Shown: positions 37,848-47,880 of the stretch, piece after piece
How the letters are laid out: each line of letters starts with the position of its first letter
How positions within the stretch are numbered: the stretch's first letter is position 1
Source of the DNA: Candidatus Magasanikiibacteriota bacterium
Lineage (GTDB): Bacteria; Patescibacteriota; Patescibacteriia; Magasanikbacterales; UBA922
Length of the DNA: 64,000 nucleotides
NCBI GenBank assembly: GCA_041674805.1
Contig: JBAYVA010000004.1
Location: forward strand, 30,069-94,068
Direction of reading: 5' to 3'
Notes under the pieces: model-generated
What the model was told of the DNA's origin: nothing
The model's database searches: none
Seen by the model: only the letters and a program-made list of their open reading frames with translations
Translations under genes and position numbers: made by a program

Positions 37848-38603
37848 ATGAATAACGATCAGTTGGAAAAATTTAAAGATGAATCATCTAAAAGGATTTT
37901 ATCTTATGAAAATAATCATAGTTTACAAGAGTCTCGTAAAATATTGTTTGAAGAGATGAATAAAGTAAAATATTTTTATAATTTTTTTTGGCTAGGTGTT
38001 CCAATTATTCAATCACCTCAAGATATGCAAGCTTGGCAAGAAATTGTTTGGGAAGTTAAACCTGATTTAATTATAGAAACAGGGATTGCTTGGGGTGGTT
38101 CAATTCTTTTTAGTGCTTCTTTATTAAAATTGTTAGAAGTTTGTGGTGAAATAGAGAATGGTGAAGTTATTGGAATTGACATTGATATTCGTTCTCACAC
38201 TAAAGATATTATTAATAATCACCCAATGAGTAAATGTATTACTATGTTTGAGGGATCAAGTGTAGATAATAAAATTCTAGAAAAAATTAAACATATTGCT
38301 GGCAGCAAAAAGAGAATTTTAATTATGTTGGATAGTAATCATACACATGAACATGTTTTGGCAGAACTTAAAACTTATGCACCTTTAGTTAGTTTAGGAA
38401 GTTATATCATAGCTCAGGATACTATAGTTGAAGATTTGTCAGATGATTGTGTGGTTGATCGCCCTTGGTGTAAAGGTAATAATCCTAAAACTGCAGTTTT
38501 TGAATTTTTAAAGAATAATAGTGATTTTGAAATAGATAAAAATATTGAATCAAAAATTATGTTAACAAATTCTCCTGATGGGTTTTTAAAGAGAATAAAG
38601 TAA
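37848..38603 (+). CDS. CmcI/cephalosporin-hydroxylase-family sugar O-methyltransferase-like
   Basis: FWLGVPIIQSPQDMQAWQEIVWEVKPDLIIETGIAWGGS matches the CmcI-family rhamnosyl O-methyltransferase pattern. Confidence 0.6.
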   Translation: MNNDQLEKFKDESSKRILSYENNHSLQESRKILFEEMNKVKYFYNFFWLGVPIIQSPQDMQAWQEIVWEVKPDLIIETGIAWGGSILFSASLLKLLEVCGEIENGEVIGIDIDIRSHTKDIINNHPMSKCITMFEGSSVDNKILEKIKHIAGSKKRILIMLDSNHTHEHVLAELKTYAPLVSLGSYIIAQDTIVEDLSDDCVVDRPWCKGNNPKTAVFEFLKNNSDFEIDKNIESKIMLTNSPDGFLKRIK

Positions 38604-38604
38604 T

Positions 38605-39468
38605 ATGGAAGAAAAAAGTCAAAAGTTAGTTAGTGTAGGAATTCCAACTTATAATAGACCTGAAGGGTTGAAAAGAGTATTGGAATGTATAACTAATCAG
38701 TCTTACAAAAATTTAGAAATTATTGTTTCTGATAATTGTTCTTCTTACTCGGAAGTTGTAGAAGTTCTTCTTGAATTTTCTGCAAAAGATAAAAGAATTA
38801 AATACTTTATTCAAAAAGAAAATAAAGGTGTTTCTTTTAATTTTGATTTTGTTCTTAAAAAAGCAACTGGTGAATATTTTATGTGGGCATCAGATGATGA
38901 TGAATGGGAAAATAATTTTATTGAAGTATGCGTTAATTTGTTGGAAGAAAATAAAAATGCAGGAGTAGCTTTTTCTAACATTGTTAATATAGATTCTTTT
39001 AACCATATTGTAAGAACATATCCGTCTTTTAAAAAGTTTACTATTAAAAATAATTTTTTTAGAATAATAAAATACGTATTGGATCCAGAAATATTAGGAA
39101 AGGCCAATATTATTTATGGTCTTTACAGAATAGATGTATGTAAAATGGCATGGAATATTTGCCCTTTAAATGAAAAATGGGGGTCTGATATGGCGTTTGT
39201 ATTAGCCACACTTAGCCGCTTTCATATGTGTATTGATGATAGAATTCTTTTTAAGAAAAGAATAGTAAAAGATTCTGAAGATAAAAACTATGCTTCTAAG
39301 ATTAATATTTTGCATCCATGGCGAAGTATTTTCCCTTTTGATAAGTTTATTGAATATACAGTAGAAATGAAAAAAGGCGTTAGTGGAACCAAGTACTCGT
39401 TTTTAGTTGTTTTTTTATTATTAATTCGTTTGCCTCAATCATTTTTAAACAAGTATTTGGGGAGTTAA
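38605..39468 (+). CDS. family 2 glycosyltransferase
   Basis: VSVGIPTYNRPEGL...IIVSDNCS GT2 DxD context. Confidence 0.7.
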   Translation: MEEKSQKLVSVGIPTYNRPEGLKRVLECITNQSYKNLEIIVSDNCSSYSEVVEVLLEFSAKDKRIKYFIQKENKGVSFNFDFVLKKATGEYFMWASDDDEWENNFIEVCVNLLEENKNAGVAFSNIVNIDSFNHIVRTYPSFKKFTIKNNFFRIIKYVLDPEILGKANIIYGLYRIDVCKMAWNICPLNEKWGSDMAFVLATLSRFHMCIDDRILFKKRIVKDSEDKNYASKINILHPWRSIFPFDKFIEYTVEMKKGVSGTKYSFLVVFLLLIRLPQSFLNKYLGS

Positions 39469-39480
39469 TTTATAGAAAAT

Positions 39481-40656
39481 ATGATACCATTAATGAAATA
39501 TGCTTTTTTGAATGAGTTTGAAACTAAAAAAGCATTAGCAGATTTTATTTTAAAGACAGACCGTTTGAGTATGGACGTACAATGTTCAGAATTTGAAAAA
39601 AAATTTGCTTCTTTCCAAGGAAGTAACGATTCTATTCTTTTTAATAGTGGTGGAAGTGCAAATTTGGCAATTATACAGTCTTTAAAAAACTTAGGAATAC
39701 TAAAAGAAGGAGATAAAGTGGGATTTTCTGCGCTGACTTGGTCAACCAATATAATGCCTATAATCCAGCTTGGTCTTATTCCTGTACCTATAGATTGCAA
39801 TATTAATACTCTTAATGTTATGTCGTCTGATTTGGAAGATAGAATTAGAGAAACTTCTTTGAAGGTTTTGTTTTTGACTAACGTTTTAGGATTCGTCGGG
39901 GATATCTCCAAAATAAAAGAAGTATGTAATAAAAATGATATTATTTTATTGGAAGATAACTGTGAAGCATTAGGGACTGAATTGCCAGAAGGGAAAACTG
40001 GAACTTTTGGGTTGTGTGCTAGTTTTTCTTTTTTTGTTGCTCACCATATGTCTTCTATAGAAGGTGGTATGGTGTGTACTAATAATGAAGAATTGGCTGA
40101 AATGTTAAGAATAGTGCGTGCTAATGGTTGGGATAGAAATTTAACAGCTCAACAACAATATAAATGGAGAAAAAAATTTAATATAAATTCAGAATTTGAA
40201 GCAAAATACACTTTTTATGATTTGGGATTCAATATGAGACCTACTGAAATAACAGGTTTTCTAGGTTCATATCAGCTTCAATTTTTAGAAGATAATATAA
40301 AAGCTAGAGAAAAAAATTATTTGTTAATTGAAAAAATCGTAAAAGATAACGATGATCTTGTTACATTAACACATGATCATATAAAATGTCTTTCAACTTT
40401 TGCTTTGCCTGTGGTCTGTAAGAGTCATGAGCTAAGAGAACACTATTTGGCTAGATTTGCCGGAGCTGGTATAGAAGTGAGGCCAATGATAGCAGGGAAT
40501 ATGCAGCGTCAGCCTTTTTATTATAAGTATGTAAAAGAAAAATACAATGTACCAAATACAGATTTTATTCATGATAATGGATTTTATTGTGGTAATTATC
40601 CAGAACTTACAGAAACAGATTTACAAACAATTTCAAGTTGTTTGTTAAAATATTAA
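39481..40656 (+). CDS. colD: ColD-like NDP-4-keto-6-deoxyhexose 3-dehydratase (DegT/AHBA-synthase fold with active-site His)
   Basis: Collinear with E. coli ColD: SWSTN, NTLN, EDNCEALGT, GTFGLCASFSFFVAHHMSSIEGGMVCT (His in place of the aminotransferase Lys), RANGWDRNL. Its 391 aa is about the same as ColD (388 aa). It lacks the Cys cluster of RfbH/E1. Confidence 0.6.
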   Translation: MIPLMKYAFLNEFETKKALADFILKTDRLSMDVQCSEFEKKFASFQGSNDSILFNSGGSANLAIIQSLKNLGILKEGDKVGFSALTWSTNIMPIIQLGLIPVPIDCNINTLNVMSSDLEDRIRETSLKVLFLTNVLGFVGDISKIKEVCNKNDIILLEDNCEALGTELPEGKTGTFGLCASFSFFVAHHMSSIEGGMVCTNNEELAEMLRIVRANGWDRNLTAQQQYKWRKKFNINSEFEAKYTFYDLGFNMRPTEITGFLGSYQLQFLEDNIKAREKNYLLIEKIVKDNDDLVTLTHDHIKCLSTFALPVVCKSHELREHYLARFAGAGIEVRPMIAGNMQRQPFYYKYVKEKYNVPNTDFIHDNGFYCGNYPELTETDLQTISSCLLKY

Positions 40657-40659
40657 ATT

Positions 40660-41532
40660 ATGATTGTTGTAAGATTAATAGGTGGATTAGGAAATCAACT
40701 TTTTCAATATGCTCTGGCAAGAAAACTTTCTGTTCATTTAGATACCAAAGTTGTTTTGGATATAACTCCTTATAAAAAATATAAATTACACAAATACGGA
40801 CTTGATAATTTCAATATTTGTTCTAAAATAATATCTGGCAGAGAGAAAATTTTTTGGTATTTTAAAAAAATAATATTATTTGATAAAATATTTTGCATAA
40901 TATCAAAAAAATTTCGTAATGCCATATATATTACTGAACAGCAATTTAATTTTGATAAAAAAATATTTTTAGATTCAAAAAAAGATACCTATTTGGATGG
41001 TTATTGGCAGAGTGAAAAATATTTTTTAGATATTAGAAAAAATCTTTTAGGTGATTTAATTGTTTCTAAACAAATAGAAGGTAAAAATTTGGAATTGTCA
41101 AAACAGATTAATAGTGTAAATTCAATATCTTTACATGTGCGTAGAGGTGATTATGTTTCTAATATTAAAACAGCGCAAGTGCATGGTGTTTGTTATTTAA
41201 ATTATTATTATAATGCGATTGATTTTTTATCAAAAAGAATTGAAAATCCTGTATTATTTATTTTTTCTGATGATATAGAATGGGTTAAAGAAAATTTAGA
41301 AACAACTTTAAAATGTATTTACGTTGAAAATAATAGTGCTAATTTTAATTATGAAGATTTAAGATTGATGAGTTTGTGTAAACATAATATTATTGCTAAT
41401 AGTTCTTTTAGCTGGTGGGGTGCTTGGCTTAACAATAATCCAGACAAAATAGTTGTTGCTCCTAAAAAGTGGTTTAATGATTCTTCAATTAATACAAAAG
41501 ACTTATTACCAGACGATTGGGTAAAAATATAA
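40660..41532 (+). CDS. GT11 alpha-1,2-fucosyl(colitosyl)transferase
   Basis: GT11 motif I IGGLGNQLFQYALARKL and C-terminal motifs. Confidence 0.7.
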   Translation: MIVVRLIGGLGNQLFQYALARKLSVHLDTKVVLDITPYKKYKLHKYGLDNFNICSKIISGREKIFWYFKKIILFDKIFCIISKKFRNAIYITEQQFNFDKKIFLDSKKDTYLDGYWQSEKYFLDIRKNLLGDLIVSKQIEGKNLELSKQINSVNSISLHVRRGDYVSNIKTAQVHGVCYLNYYYNAIDFLSKRIENPVLFIFSDDIEWVKENLETTLKCIYVENNSANFNYEDLRLMSLCKHNIIANSSFSWWGAWLNNNPDKIVVAPKKWFNDSSINTKDLLPDDWVKI

Positions 41533-41535
41533 AAT

Positions 41536-42339
41536 ATGAAAAAACCTGAATTTTCAATTTTAATGGCAAATTATAACAATGCTAAATATTTGAAGCAAGC
41601 CATAGAATCGGTTTTGAATCAGACATATATTAATTGGGAACTTATTATAGTAGATGATTGTTCTGTTGATAATTCAGTTGATATTATAAAAAAATATTTA
41701 AAGGATTCACGAATTATTTTTTTAAAACATAAAAAAAATATTGGGTATGTTGGTGTTTTGAAAAAGATGATCTCTTTGGCTAGTTCAGATTTAATTGGTA
41801 TTTTGGATAGTGATGATGCTTTAAAAAAAAAAGCTGTAGAAGAAGTAGTATCTTGTTATCTAAAAATGCCCGAAATTGGTATGGTATATACACAGTTTCA
41901 ATATTGTGATAAAGATCTAAATCCAGTTAAAAATGGTTATTGTCAAGAGGTTTCAATTTCAAAGAGTACACTGGACTGTGATGTTGTGAGTCATTTTAAG
42001 ACTTTTAAAAAAAGTGTTTATTTAAAAACTGAAGGTTATAATGAATTTATAATATATGCTGAAGATAAAGATTTAGTTTTCAAATTAGAAGAGGTAACAA
42101 AAATGTTTTTTTTAGATAAAATTTTGTATGATTATAGAGTATTAGAAAATTCTCAAGGTAATGATAAAAAGAAATCTTTTAGAAGGTTGATTTCTTTAAT
42201 AAAGGCTAGGAAACAAGCTTATAAAAGAAGAAAAAATACAAATAAAAGATCTAGTTTTTTAAGTTTTTGGTTAACAAATGTAAAATTAATTTATAATAAT
42301 TTTGTTAGATTAAAAATTAGCTACCTATGGAAAAAATAA
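41536..42339 (+). CDS. family 2 glycosyltransferase
   Basis: FSILMANYNNAKYL...IIVDDCSVD. Confidence 0.7.
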   Translation: MKKPEFSILMANYNNAKYLKQAIESVLNQTYINWELIIVDDCSVDNSVDIIKKYLKDSRIIFLKHKKNIGYVGVLKKMISLASSDLIGILDSDDALKKKAVEEVVSCYLKMPEIGMVYTQFQYCDKDLNPVKNGYCQEVSISKSTLDCDVVSHFKTFKKSVYLKTEGYNEFIIYAEDKDLVFKLEEVTKMFFLDKILYDYRVLENSQGNDKKKSFRRLISLIKARKQAYKRRKNTNKRSSFLSFWLTNVKLIYNNFVRLKISYLWKK

Positions 42340-43235
42340 CTGTTGCAATTTGTACTTACAATAGATCTTATTTATTAAAAAAGGTATTAGAAAGTTTAGT
42401 AAATCAAACTGTTAAAAAAGATTTTTTTGAAGTTTTAGTTGTAGATAATAATTCTAGTGATAATACTAGAGAGGTTGTTAAAATTTTTGAATCTTTACTT
42501 TCTTTAAAATATGTTTTTGAAAATAAACAAGGTTTAAGCTATGCTAGAAATCGTGCAATAAAAAACTGTCAAACTGAATATATTTCTTTTATTGATGATG
42601 ATTCTATCGCTGAGAATAATTGGTTAGAGATTGCGTATGATTTGATTAAAAATGGCCAGTATGATATTTTTGGTGGTAGTATTTATCCTTATTATATAGA
42701 TAAAAAAATTTGGTTTTTGGATAAATATGAAATTAGAGAACCTGCAGTTGTTAGTAGCTTTTTACATAATAATCAGTTTTTGTCTGGTTCAAATATTTTT
42801 TTTAGAAGAAGTATTTTTATTAAAATTGGTAATTTTGATCAAAAATTAGGCATGAAAGGTAATAAAATAGGTGTTGGTGAAGAAACTTTATTACAAATTT
42901 GTGCTGACAAAAAAGAAATAAAAAGATACTTTTCTAGTAAATTGATTGTATATACATTAGTGCCTATTAAAAAAATGGAATTAAAATATTTGATAAAAAG
43001 GACTTTTATTACAGGATATGTGAGCAAACAAGTTTTTATTAGTAAAAGAGGATTGTTCGTGGATGGAGTAAGATTTTTTATGTCTATTTTATTAATTATT
43101 TTTTCTTCTATAACTATGATTTTTAGGAATAGAAAAAAATATAGGTATTGGCAAAATTATTTTGTTGAAAAAATTTGTAATTATTTTTATGTAATAGGAG
43201 TATTTTTTTCATATTTTAGATTAATTAAATTTTAA
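42327..43235 (+). CDS. family 2 glycosyltransferase
   Basis: ITVAICTYNRSYLL...LVVDNNSSD and a C-terminal TM helix. Confidence 0.7.
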   Translation: MEKITVAICTYNRSYLLKKVLESLVNQTVKKDFFEVLVVDNNSSDNTREVVKIFESLLSLKYVFENKQGLSYARNRAIKNCQTEYISFIDDDSIAENNWLEIAYDLIKNGQYDIFGGSIYPYYIDKKIWFLDKYEIREPAVVSSFLHNNQFLSGSNIFFRRSIFIKIGNFDQKLGMKGNKIGVGEETLLQICADKKEIKRYFSSKLIVYTLVPIKKMELKYLIKRTFITGYVSKQVFISKRGLFVDGVRFFMSILLIIFSSITMIFRNRKKYRYWQNYFVEKICNYFYVIGVFFSYFRLIKF

Positions 43236-43263
43236 AATAATATAGTTTATAATATAGTTAAAT

Positions 43264-43989
43264 ATGCAAAACAAAAAAATAGGTATTTTAGGTTATGGAG
43301 AAATTGGTCATGCTATGGCTAAATTTTACAAAAAACCATTGATTAGGGATATAGAAATAAATACTTTTCAAGAAAATTTGGACATCCTTCATGTTTGTTT
43401 GCCATATTTAAAAAATTTTGAAGAGGTTGTTTCATATAATATTGTTACTTATAAACCAAAAATAGTTATTATCCATTCTACAATTGGGCTTGGAAGTACT
43501 TTGAATTTATACAAAAAATTTGGCAATGTGGTACATTCTCCTGTCCGTGGGGTACATCCTTATTTGTATGAAGGTATAAAAACTTTTGTTAAATATATTG
43601 GAGCTGATGATAGAAAATTAGGTATGAAAGTAGCACGACATTTTAGGTCTATTGGTATAAATAATCTAAAAGTTTTAGGAAGTTCAAAATCTAGTGAACT
43701 TGGGAAATTATTAGACACAACTTATTACGGACTTTGTATTGCTTATCATGATTATGCTAATAAGATTTGTGTTGAAGAAAAAGTTGACTTTGAAGAAGTT
43801 ATGTCAGATTTTAATACAACTTATAATGATGGTTATAAAAAATTAAAAAAAGAAAATGTTATTAGACCAGTTTTGTTTCCACCCAAAGATGGTAAAATAG
43901 GTGGACATTGTATAATGCCTAATGCTCAAATATTAAAAAAAATATTTGGCGACGATGCTATTTTGAAAGCCATACTTAGACACGAATAA
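43264..43989 (+). CDS. Rossmann-fold NAD(P)-binding protein of unknown function
   Basis: N-terminal IGILGYGEIGHAMA dinucleotide-binding motif. Confidence 0.4.
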   Translation: MQNKKIGILGYGEIGHAMAKFYKKPLIRDIEINTFQENLDILHVCLPYLKNFEEVVSYNIVTYKPKIVIIHSTIGLGSTLNLYKKFGNVVHSPVRGVHPYLYEGIKTFVKYIGADDRKLGMKVARHFRSIGINNLKVLGSSKSSELGKLLDTTYYGLCIAYHDYANKICVEEKVDFEEVMSDFNTTYNDGYKKLKKENVIRPVLFPPKDGKIGGHCIMPNAQILKKIFGDDAILKAILRHE

Positions 43990-43995
43990 GAATTT

Positions 43996-45120
43996 ATGAA
44001 ATTTGTTATTTTGAATTCAGATTATCCAGTTTTTATAGAAAGTGTAGCCAAACAAGACACCTCTTTTTTGTCAGTTACATATGATGAACAGACAAAAATA
44101 TATTTTGATAAATTTTTTGGTACGGCTAATTTTTATTCAAAAAATCTTTGTTTATTGGGACATGAAGCTCAAGATTTTGTAATTAATAATCAATATTTAC
44201 AAAAAAAATGGTTAGTAGATCATGATTTATCTTATAATAAGATATTAGAACTGTTTGATAAAAATAGAATTTTGAGGACTCTTAAGAGGAAGTTTTATTT
44301 TTCTAGTGATTGGTATTATAAGGCTATTCTTGCCCAAATAAAAGAATATCGTCCAGATGTGATATATATACAGTTGATGGCCCACATTTCCCCTGTTTTT
44401 TTGAAAAAAATAAAAAAATATTGTAAATTATTAGTTGGACAGATAGCTTGTCCTATGCCTAGTTTAAATTATTTTAAAGACTATGATCTTATTCTTTCAT
44501 CTTTACCAAATTATGTTGAAAAGTTTAAAAAAGCAGGTATTAAGAGTGAATATTTCAAATTAGGTTTTGAAAAAGAAGTACTCAATAATCTATCAAAAAA
44601 AGATAATTTTTTTGATGTGGTTCATATTGGTGGTTATGGGCCTGTACATAATGAAAGAAATGCTTTGTTAGAAAAAGTAAGTAAAATTGTGCCAATTGAC
44701 TTTTGGGGGTATGGCGTTAACAATTTGTCATCTGAAAGTCCAATTAGAAAAAAAATTCATGGTGAATCTTGGGGAGTAAATATGTTTGAAACGCTTTATA
44801 ATTCTAAAATAACTATGACTAAACATATAGACTCTGTGGCTGGGGAATATGCGAATAATATGACACTCTTTGAGGCAACTGGAGTTGGTACTTTGTTAAT
44901 TACTGACGAAAAAAAGAATTTATCAGAACTTTTTAAAATTGGTGAAGAAGTTGTGACCTATAAGAATGCTGAAGATCTTGCTGATAAAATAAAATATTAT
45001 TTAGATCATGAAGAAGAACGAAAAAAAATTGCTCTTGCAGGACAGAGGAGAACTTTGACTGAGCATACTTACACAAATCGAATGCAAGAATTGATTAAAA
45101 TTATTGAAAATTATTTATGA
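43996..45120 (+). CDS. glycosyltransferase (GT1/CgeB-like)
   Basis: C-terminal GT1-like region with the E..EAT.VGTLLIT pattern. Confidence 0.5.
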   Translation: MKFVILNSDYPVFIESVAKQDTSFLSVTYDEQTKIYFDKFFGTANFYSKNLCLLGHEAQDFVINNQYLQKKWLVDHDLSYNKILELFDKNRILRTLKRKFYFSSDWYYKAILAQIKEYRPDVIYIQLMAHISPVFLKKIKKYCKLLVGQIACPMPSLNYFKDYDLILSSLPNYVEKFKKAGIKSEYFKLGFEKEVLNNLSKKDNFFDVVHIGGYGPVHNERNALLEKVSKIVPIDFWGYGVNNLSSESPIRKKIHGESWGVNMFETLYNSKITMTKHIDSVAGEYANNMTLFEATGVGTLLITDEKKNLSELFKIGEEVVTYKNAEDLADKIKYYLDHEEERKKIALAGQRRTLTEHTYTNRMQELIKIIENYL

Positions 45121-45920
45121 AAAAATTATTAAAAAATCTATTGTCTCCAATTCATAACTTTATTTATTCTAAAAATATACGTACTTTTTTAAAATTGTAT
45201 TTACGTTTCTCAAATGCTAAACGTTTTAAAGAAACAAAAATTAATTTTTTGAATTATTTTTTTATAGTTCCTGATAGCCTCAGTTTTGTTTATCAGTTTA
45301 AAGAAATATTTGTTGATCAAATATATAAATTTAAAAATGTTTCAGATGAACCTATTATTTATGATTGCGGTGCAAATGTAGGAACGAGTATTTTGTATTT
45401 TAAAAAAAATTACCCTAATGCGATTATTAAGGCATTTGAACCGGATAAAAAAATATTTTCTTATTTAAAAAATAATTTAATAGATAACGGAATAAATAAT
45501 GTCTTACTTGAAAATAATGCTGTCTGGATAAACAATGATGGTATAAGTTTTAGTTCTGATGGTGCTGATGGTGGTTCTATGTTTGGTGCTGATAATGTTA
45601 CTTTAGTATCTTCTGTAAGATTACGAGATTTGTTATCTAAAGAAAAATTAGTGGATATGTTGAAAATGGATATTGAAGGATCTGAAGTTGAAGTAATAAT
45701 GGACTGTGTTGATGTCTTGGACAAAGTAAATAATCTATTTGTGGAGTATCATTCTTGGAGTAAACAACCACAAAAACTGGATGAATTATTACAGGTATTA
45801 TCAAAAGCTGGCTTTAGGTATTATTTACAGACTATCAAGATACAAAGTGAACCTTTTGTAAATAAAGGGAGTGGTATGTTGATGGATTTACAACTTAACA
45901 TATCTGCTTATCGAATATGA
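45117..45920 (+). CDS. FkbM-family methyltransferase
   Basis: IIYDCGANVGTSILYF FkbM motif; ATGA overlap with the upstream gene. Confidence 0.65.
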   Translation: MKKLLKNLLSPIHNFIYSKNIRTFLKLYLRFSNAKRFKETKINFLNYFFIVPDSLSFVYQFKEIFVDQIYKFKNVSDEPIIYDCGANVGTSILYFKKNYPNAIIKAFEPDKKIFSYLKNNLIDNGINNVLLENNAVWINNDGISFSSDGADGGSMFGADNVTLVSSVRLRDLLSKEKLVDMLKMDIEGSEVEVIMDCVDVLDKVNNLFVEYHSWSKQPQKLDELLQVLSKAGFRYYLQTIKIQSEPFVNKGSGMLMDLQLNISAYRI

Positions 45921-46699
45921 ACAAGCAATTAATAAAAAGAATTATAGCAAAATGTTATCCATTTATTTATCGGGATGGTATTTTGATTTTGAATTACCAT
46001 TCTGTTGGTTCAAATAATCCTTTTTCTTTGTCTTTAAAAAACTTTGATGAACAAATGAATTATATTACTAAAAATTATAATATAGTGAAACTTGGTGATT
46101 TTTCAAATTTGGCTGGTGGAATAAGTTTAGTGGTGACTTTTGATGATGGTTATGAAGATAATTATTTGGAGGTTTTCCCAATTTTAAAAAAATATAATAT
46201 TCCTGCGACGATATTTCTTACTAGTGAATTTATATTGGGTAAACTTGATATTACAAAAGATTGGCTAGATTATAAAGGTTTAAAACCTCTTAAAATAGAT
46301 CAGATAGAAGAGATGAATAATTCAGGACTTGTTTCTTTTGGTTCACATAGTAAGACACACAGAAAAATGAGTAATTTATCTAAAGAAAATATAACTACAG
46401 AAGTAGTTGATTCAAAAAAAGAACTTGAATTTATTTTGGGCACTTCAATATCAGATTTCGCTTTTCCTTTTGGTCAAAAAAAAGATATTGGAGTATTTCA
46501 AGATGAGTTATTTAAGAATAGTGGTTATAAAACTGTTTGTACTACCAATTGGGGAATAAATTTATTTAAAAGTATTGATTTTTATAGACTAAAAAGAATT
46601 AGAATTGATCATTTGGACAGCTTAAATGATTTTGTAAATAAAATAAAAGGCCACTGGGATTTTGTTAGATTTTTTCAAAGTATAAAAAATTTTTTATGA
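45917..46699 (+). CDS. polysaccharide deacetylase (NodB/CE4)
   Basis: VVTFDDGYEDNYLEVFPILKKYNIPATIFL NodB motifs 1-2; HSKTH. Confidence 0.7.
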   Translation: MNKQLIKRIIAKCYPFIYRDGILILNYHSVGSNNPFSLSLKNFDEQMNYITKNYNIVKLGDFSNLAGGISLVVTFDDGYEDNYLEVFPILKKYNIPATIFLTSEFILGKLDITKDWLDYKGLKPLKIDQIEEMNNSGLVSFGSHSKTHRKMSNLSKENITTEVVDSKKELEFILGTSISDFAFPFGQKKDIGVFQDELFKNSGYKTVCTTNWGINLFKSIDFYRLKRIRIDHLDSLNDFVNKIKGHWDFVRFFQSIKNFL

Positions 46700-47871
46700 A
46701 AAAAGTTTTATTTATAAATACAGTATTTGATGGTGGTGGTGCTGCAAAAATTGTTCGTACTTTGTTTGATTACACAGATAAACAGCCGGATGTGGAAGCT
46801 TATTTTGCTTATGGTCGTGGTAAAAATGTTTATAAAAACAGAGTTTATAAATTTGGTATTTTTTTTGAGGTACTTTTCCATATTTTTATAGTAAGAATTT
46901 TGGGTATAGATGGTTGTGGTACTTATTTTTCTACTAAACGTCTTATAAATTATATTAAAAAAAATAAATTTGATTTAGTTCATTTGCATAATCTACATGG
47001 TTATTATTTAAATTATAAATTATTATTAAATTTTTTAAATAAATTAAATATACCAATAATTTGGACTTTGCATGATGAATGGGCTTTGACTTGGCTTCCT
47101 GCGCATAGTATGGGATGTCAGCATTGTATTTCAGCTGAAGGTAAATGTATAAATAGATATTTATATCCAAAGACGTATAACAAAATTTTCGCAAATTGGT
47201 CTTTAAAAAGAAAAATAAATTTGATTAGTTCTATTTCTAATTTAACTTTTGTTTCTCCTGCCAAATGGCTTGCTAAAAAAGTTAATTTGGTTTATCCAAA
47301 ACTCACTGTAAAAATTATTGTAAATAGTGTCAGTTTTTCAATTATAAACATTGATAAAAAATTGTTAAGAGAAAAATATAATTTAGGTCAAAATAAAAAA
47401 ATAGTTTTATTTTCTTCTGGAAATTTGAATGATCCAAACAAGGGTTTGAAGTATATTATAAAAATAGCTAGCAATCTGATAAAAGAAAAAGATATAGTTT
47501 TTGTTTTAGTAGGACAAGGTAAAAAGAAAAAATTATCTAATATTGTCTACTTGGGATATCTTAATGAAAAACAAATGGAAGAGGTTTATGCGCTTTCTGA
47601 TATGTATTGTTTTTTTTCAGAGGCTGAAACGATGCCATTATCTCTTTTGGAAGCAAAATCTGCTGGATTATATATTTTTTCTATGGACATATCTGCAAGT
47701 AAAGAAGTTCTAGAGGATTATGAAAGATGCTTTTTTGTTAATAATAATTCAATTTTTTTGTTGAAAGATAAAATTTTGAATTTAGACATAAATTTTCAAA
47801 AGAGGAAAAATGTTAGATACTATAATACTATTGATTTTTGTCAAGAATATTTTAAAATATATTTATCATAA
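46696..47871 (+). CDS. GT4/GT1 glycosyltransferase
   Basis: C-terminal E-x7-E-like region (FSEAETMPLSLLEAKSAGL). Confidence 0.6.
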   Translation: MKKVLFINTVFDGGGAAKIVRTLFDYTDKQPDVEAYFAYGRGKNVYKNRVYKFGIFFEVLFHIFIVRILGIDGCGTYFSTKRLINYIKKNKFDLVHLHNLHGYYLNYKLLLNFLNKLNIPIIWTLHDEWALTWLPAHSMGCQHCISAEGKCINRYLYPKTYNKIFANWSLKRKINLISSISNLTFVSPAKWLAKKVNLVYPKLTVKIIVNSVSFSIINIDKKLLREKYNLGQNKKIVLFSSGNLNDPNKGLKYIIKIASNLIKEKDIVFVLVGQGKKKKLSNIVYLGYLNEKQMEEVYALSDMYCFFSEAETMPLSLLEAKSAGLYIFSMDISASKEVLEDYERCFFVNNNSIFLLKDKILNLDINFQKRKNVRYYNTIDFCQEYFKIYLS

Positions 47872-47880
47872 TATTTTAAA

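Noticed and set aside
39465-39911. 148-aa minus-strand ORF
   Set aside because: Lies wholly antisense within the strongly supported ColD-like gene; no motifs.
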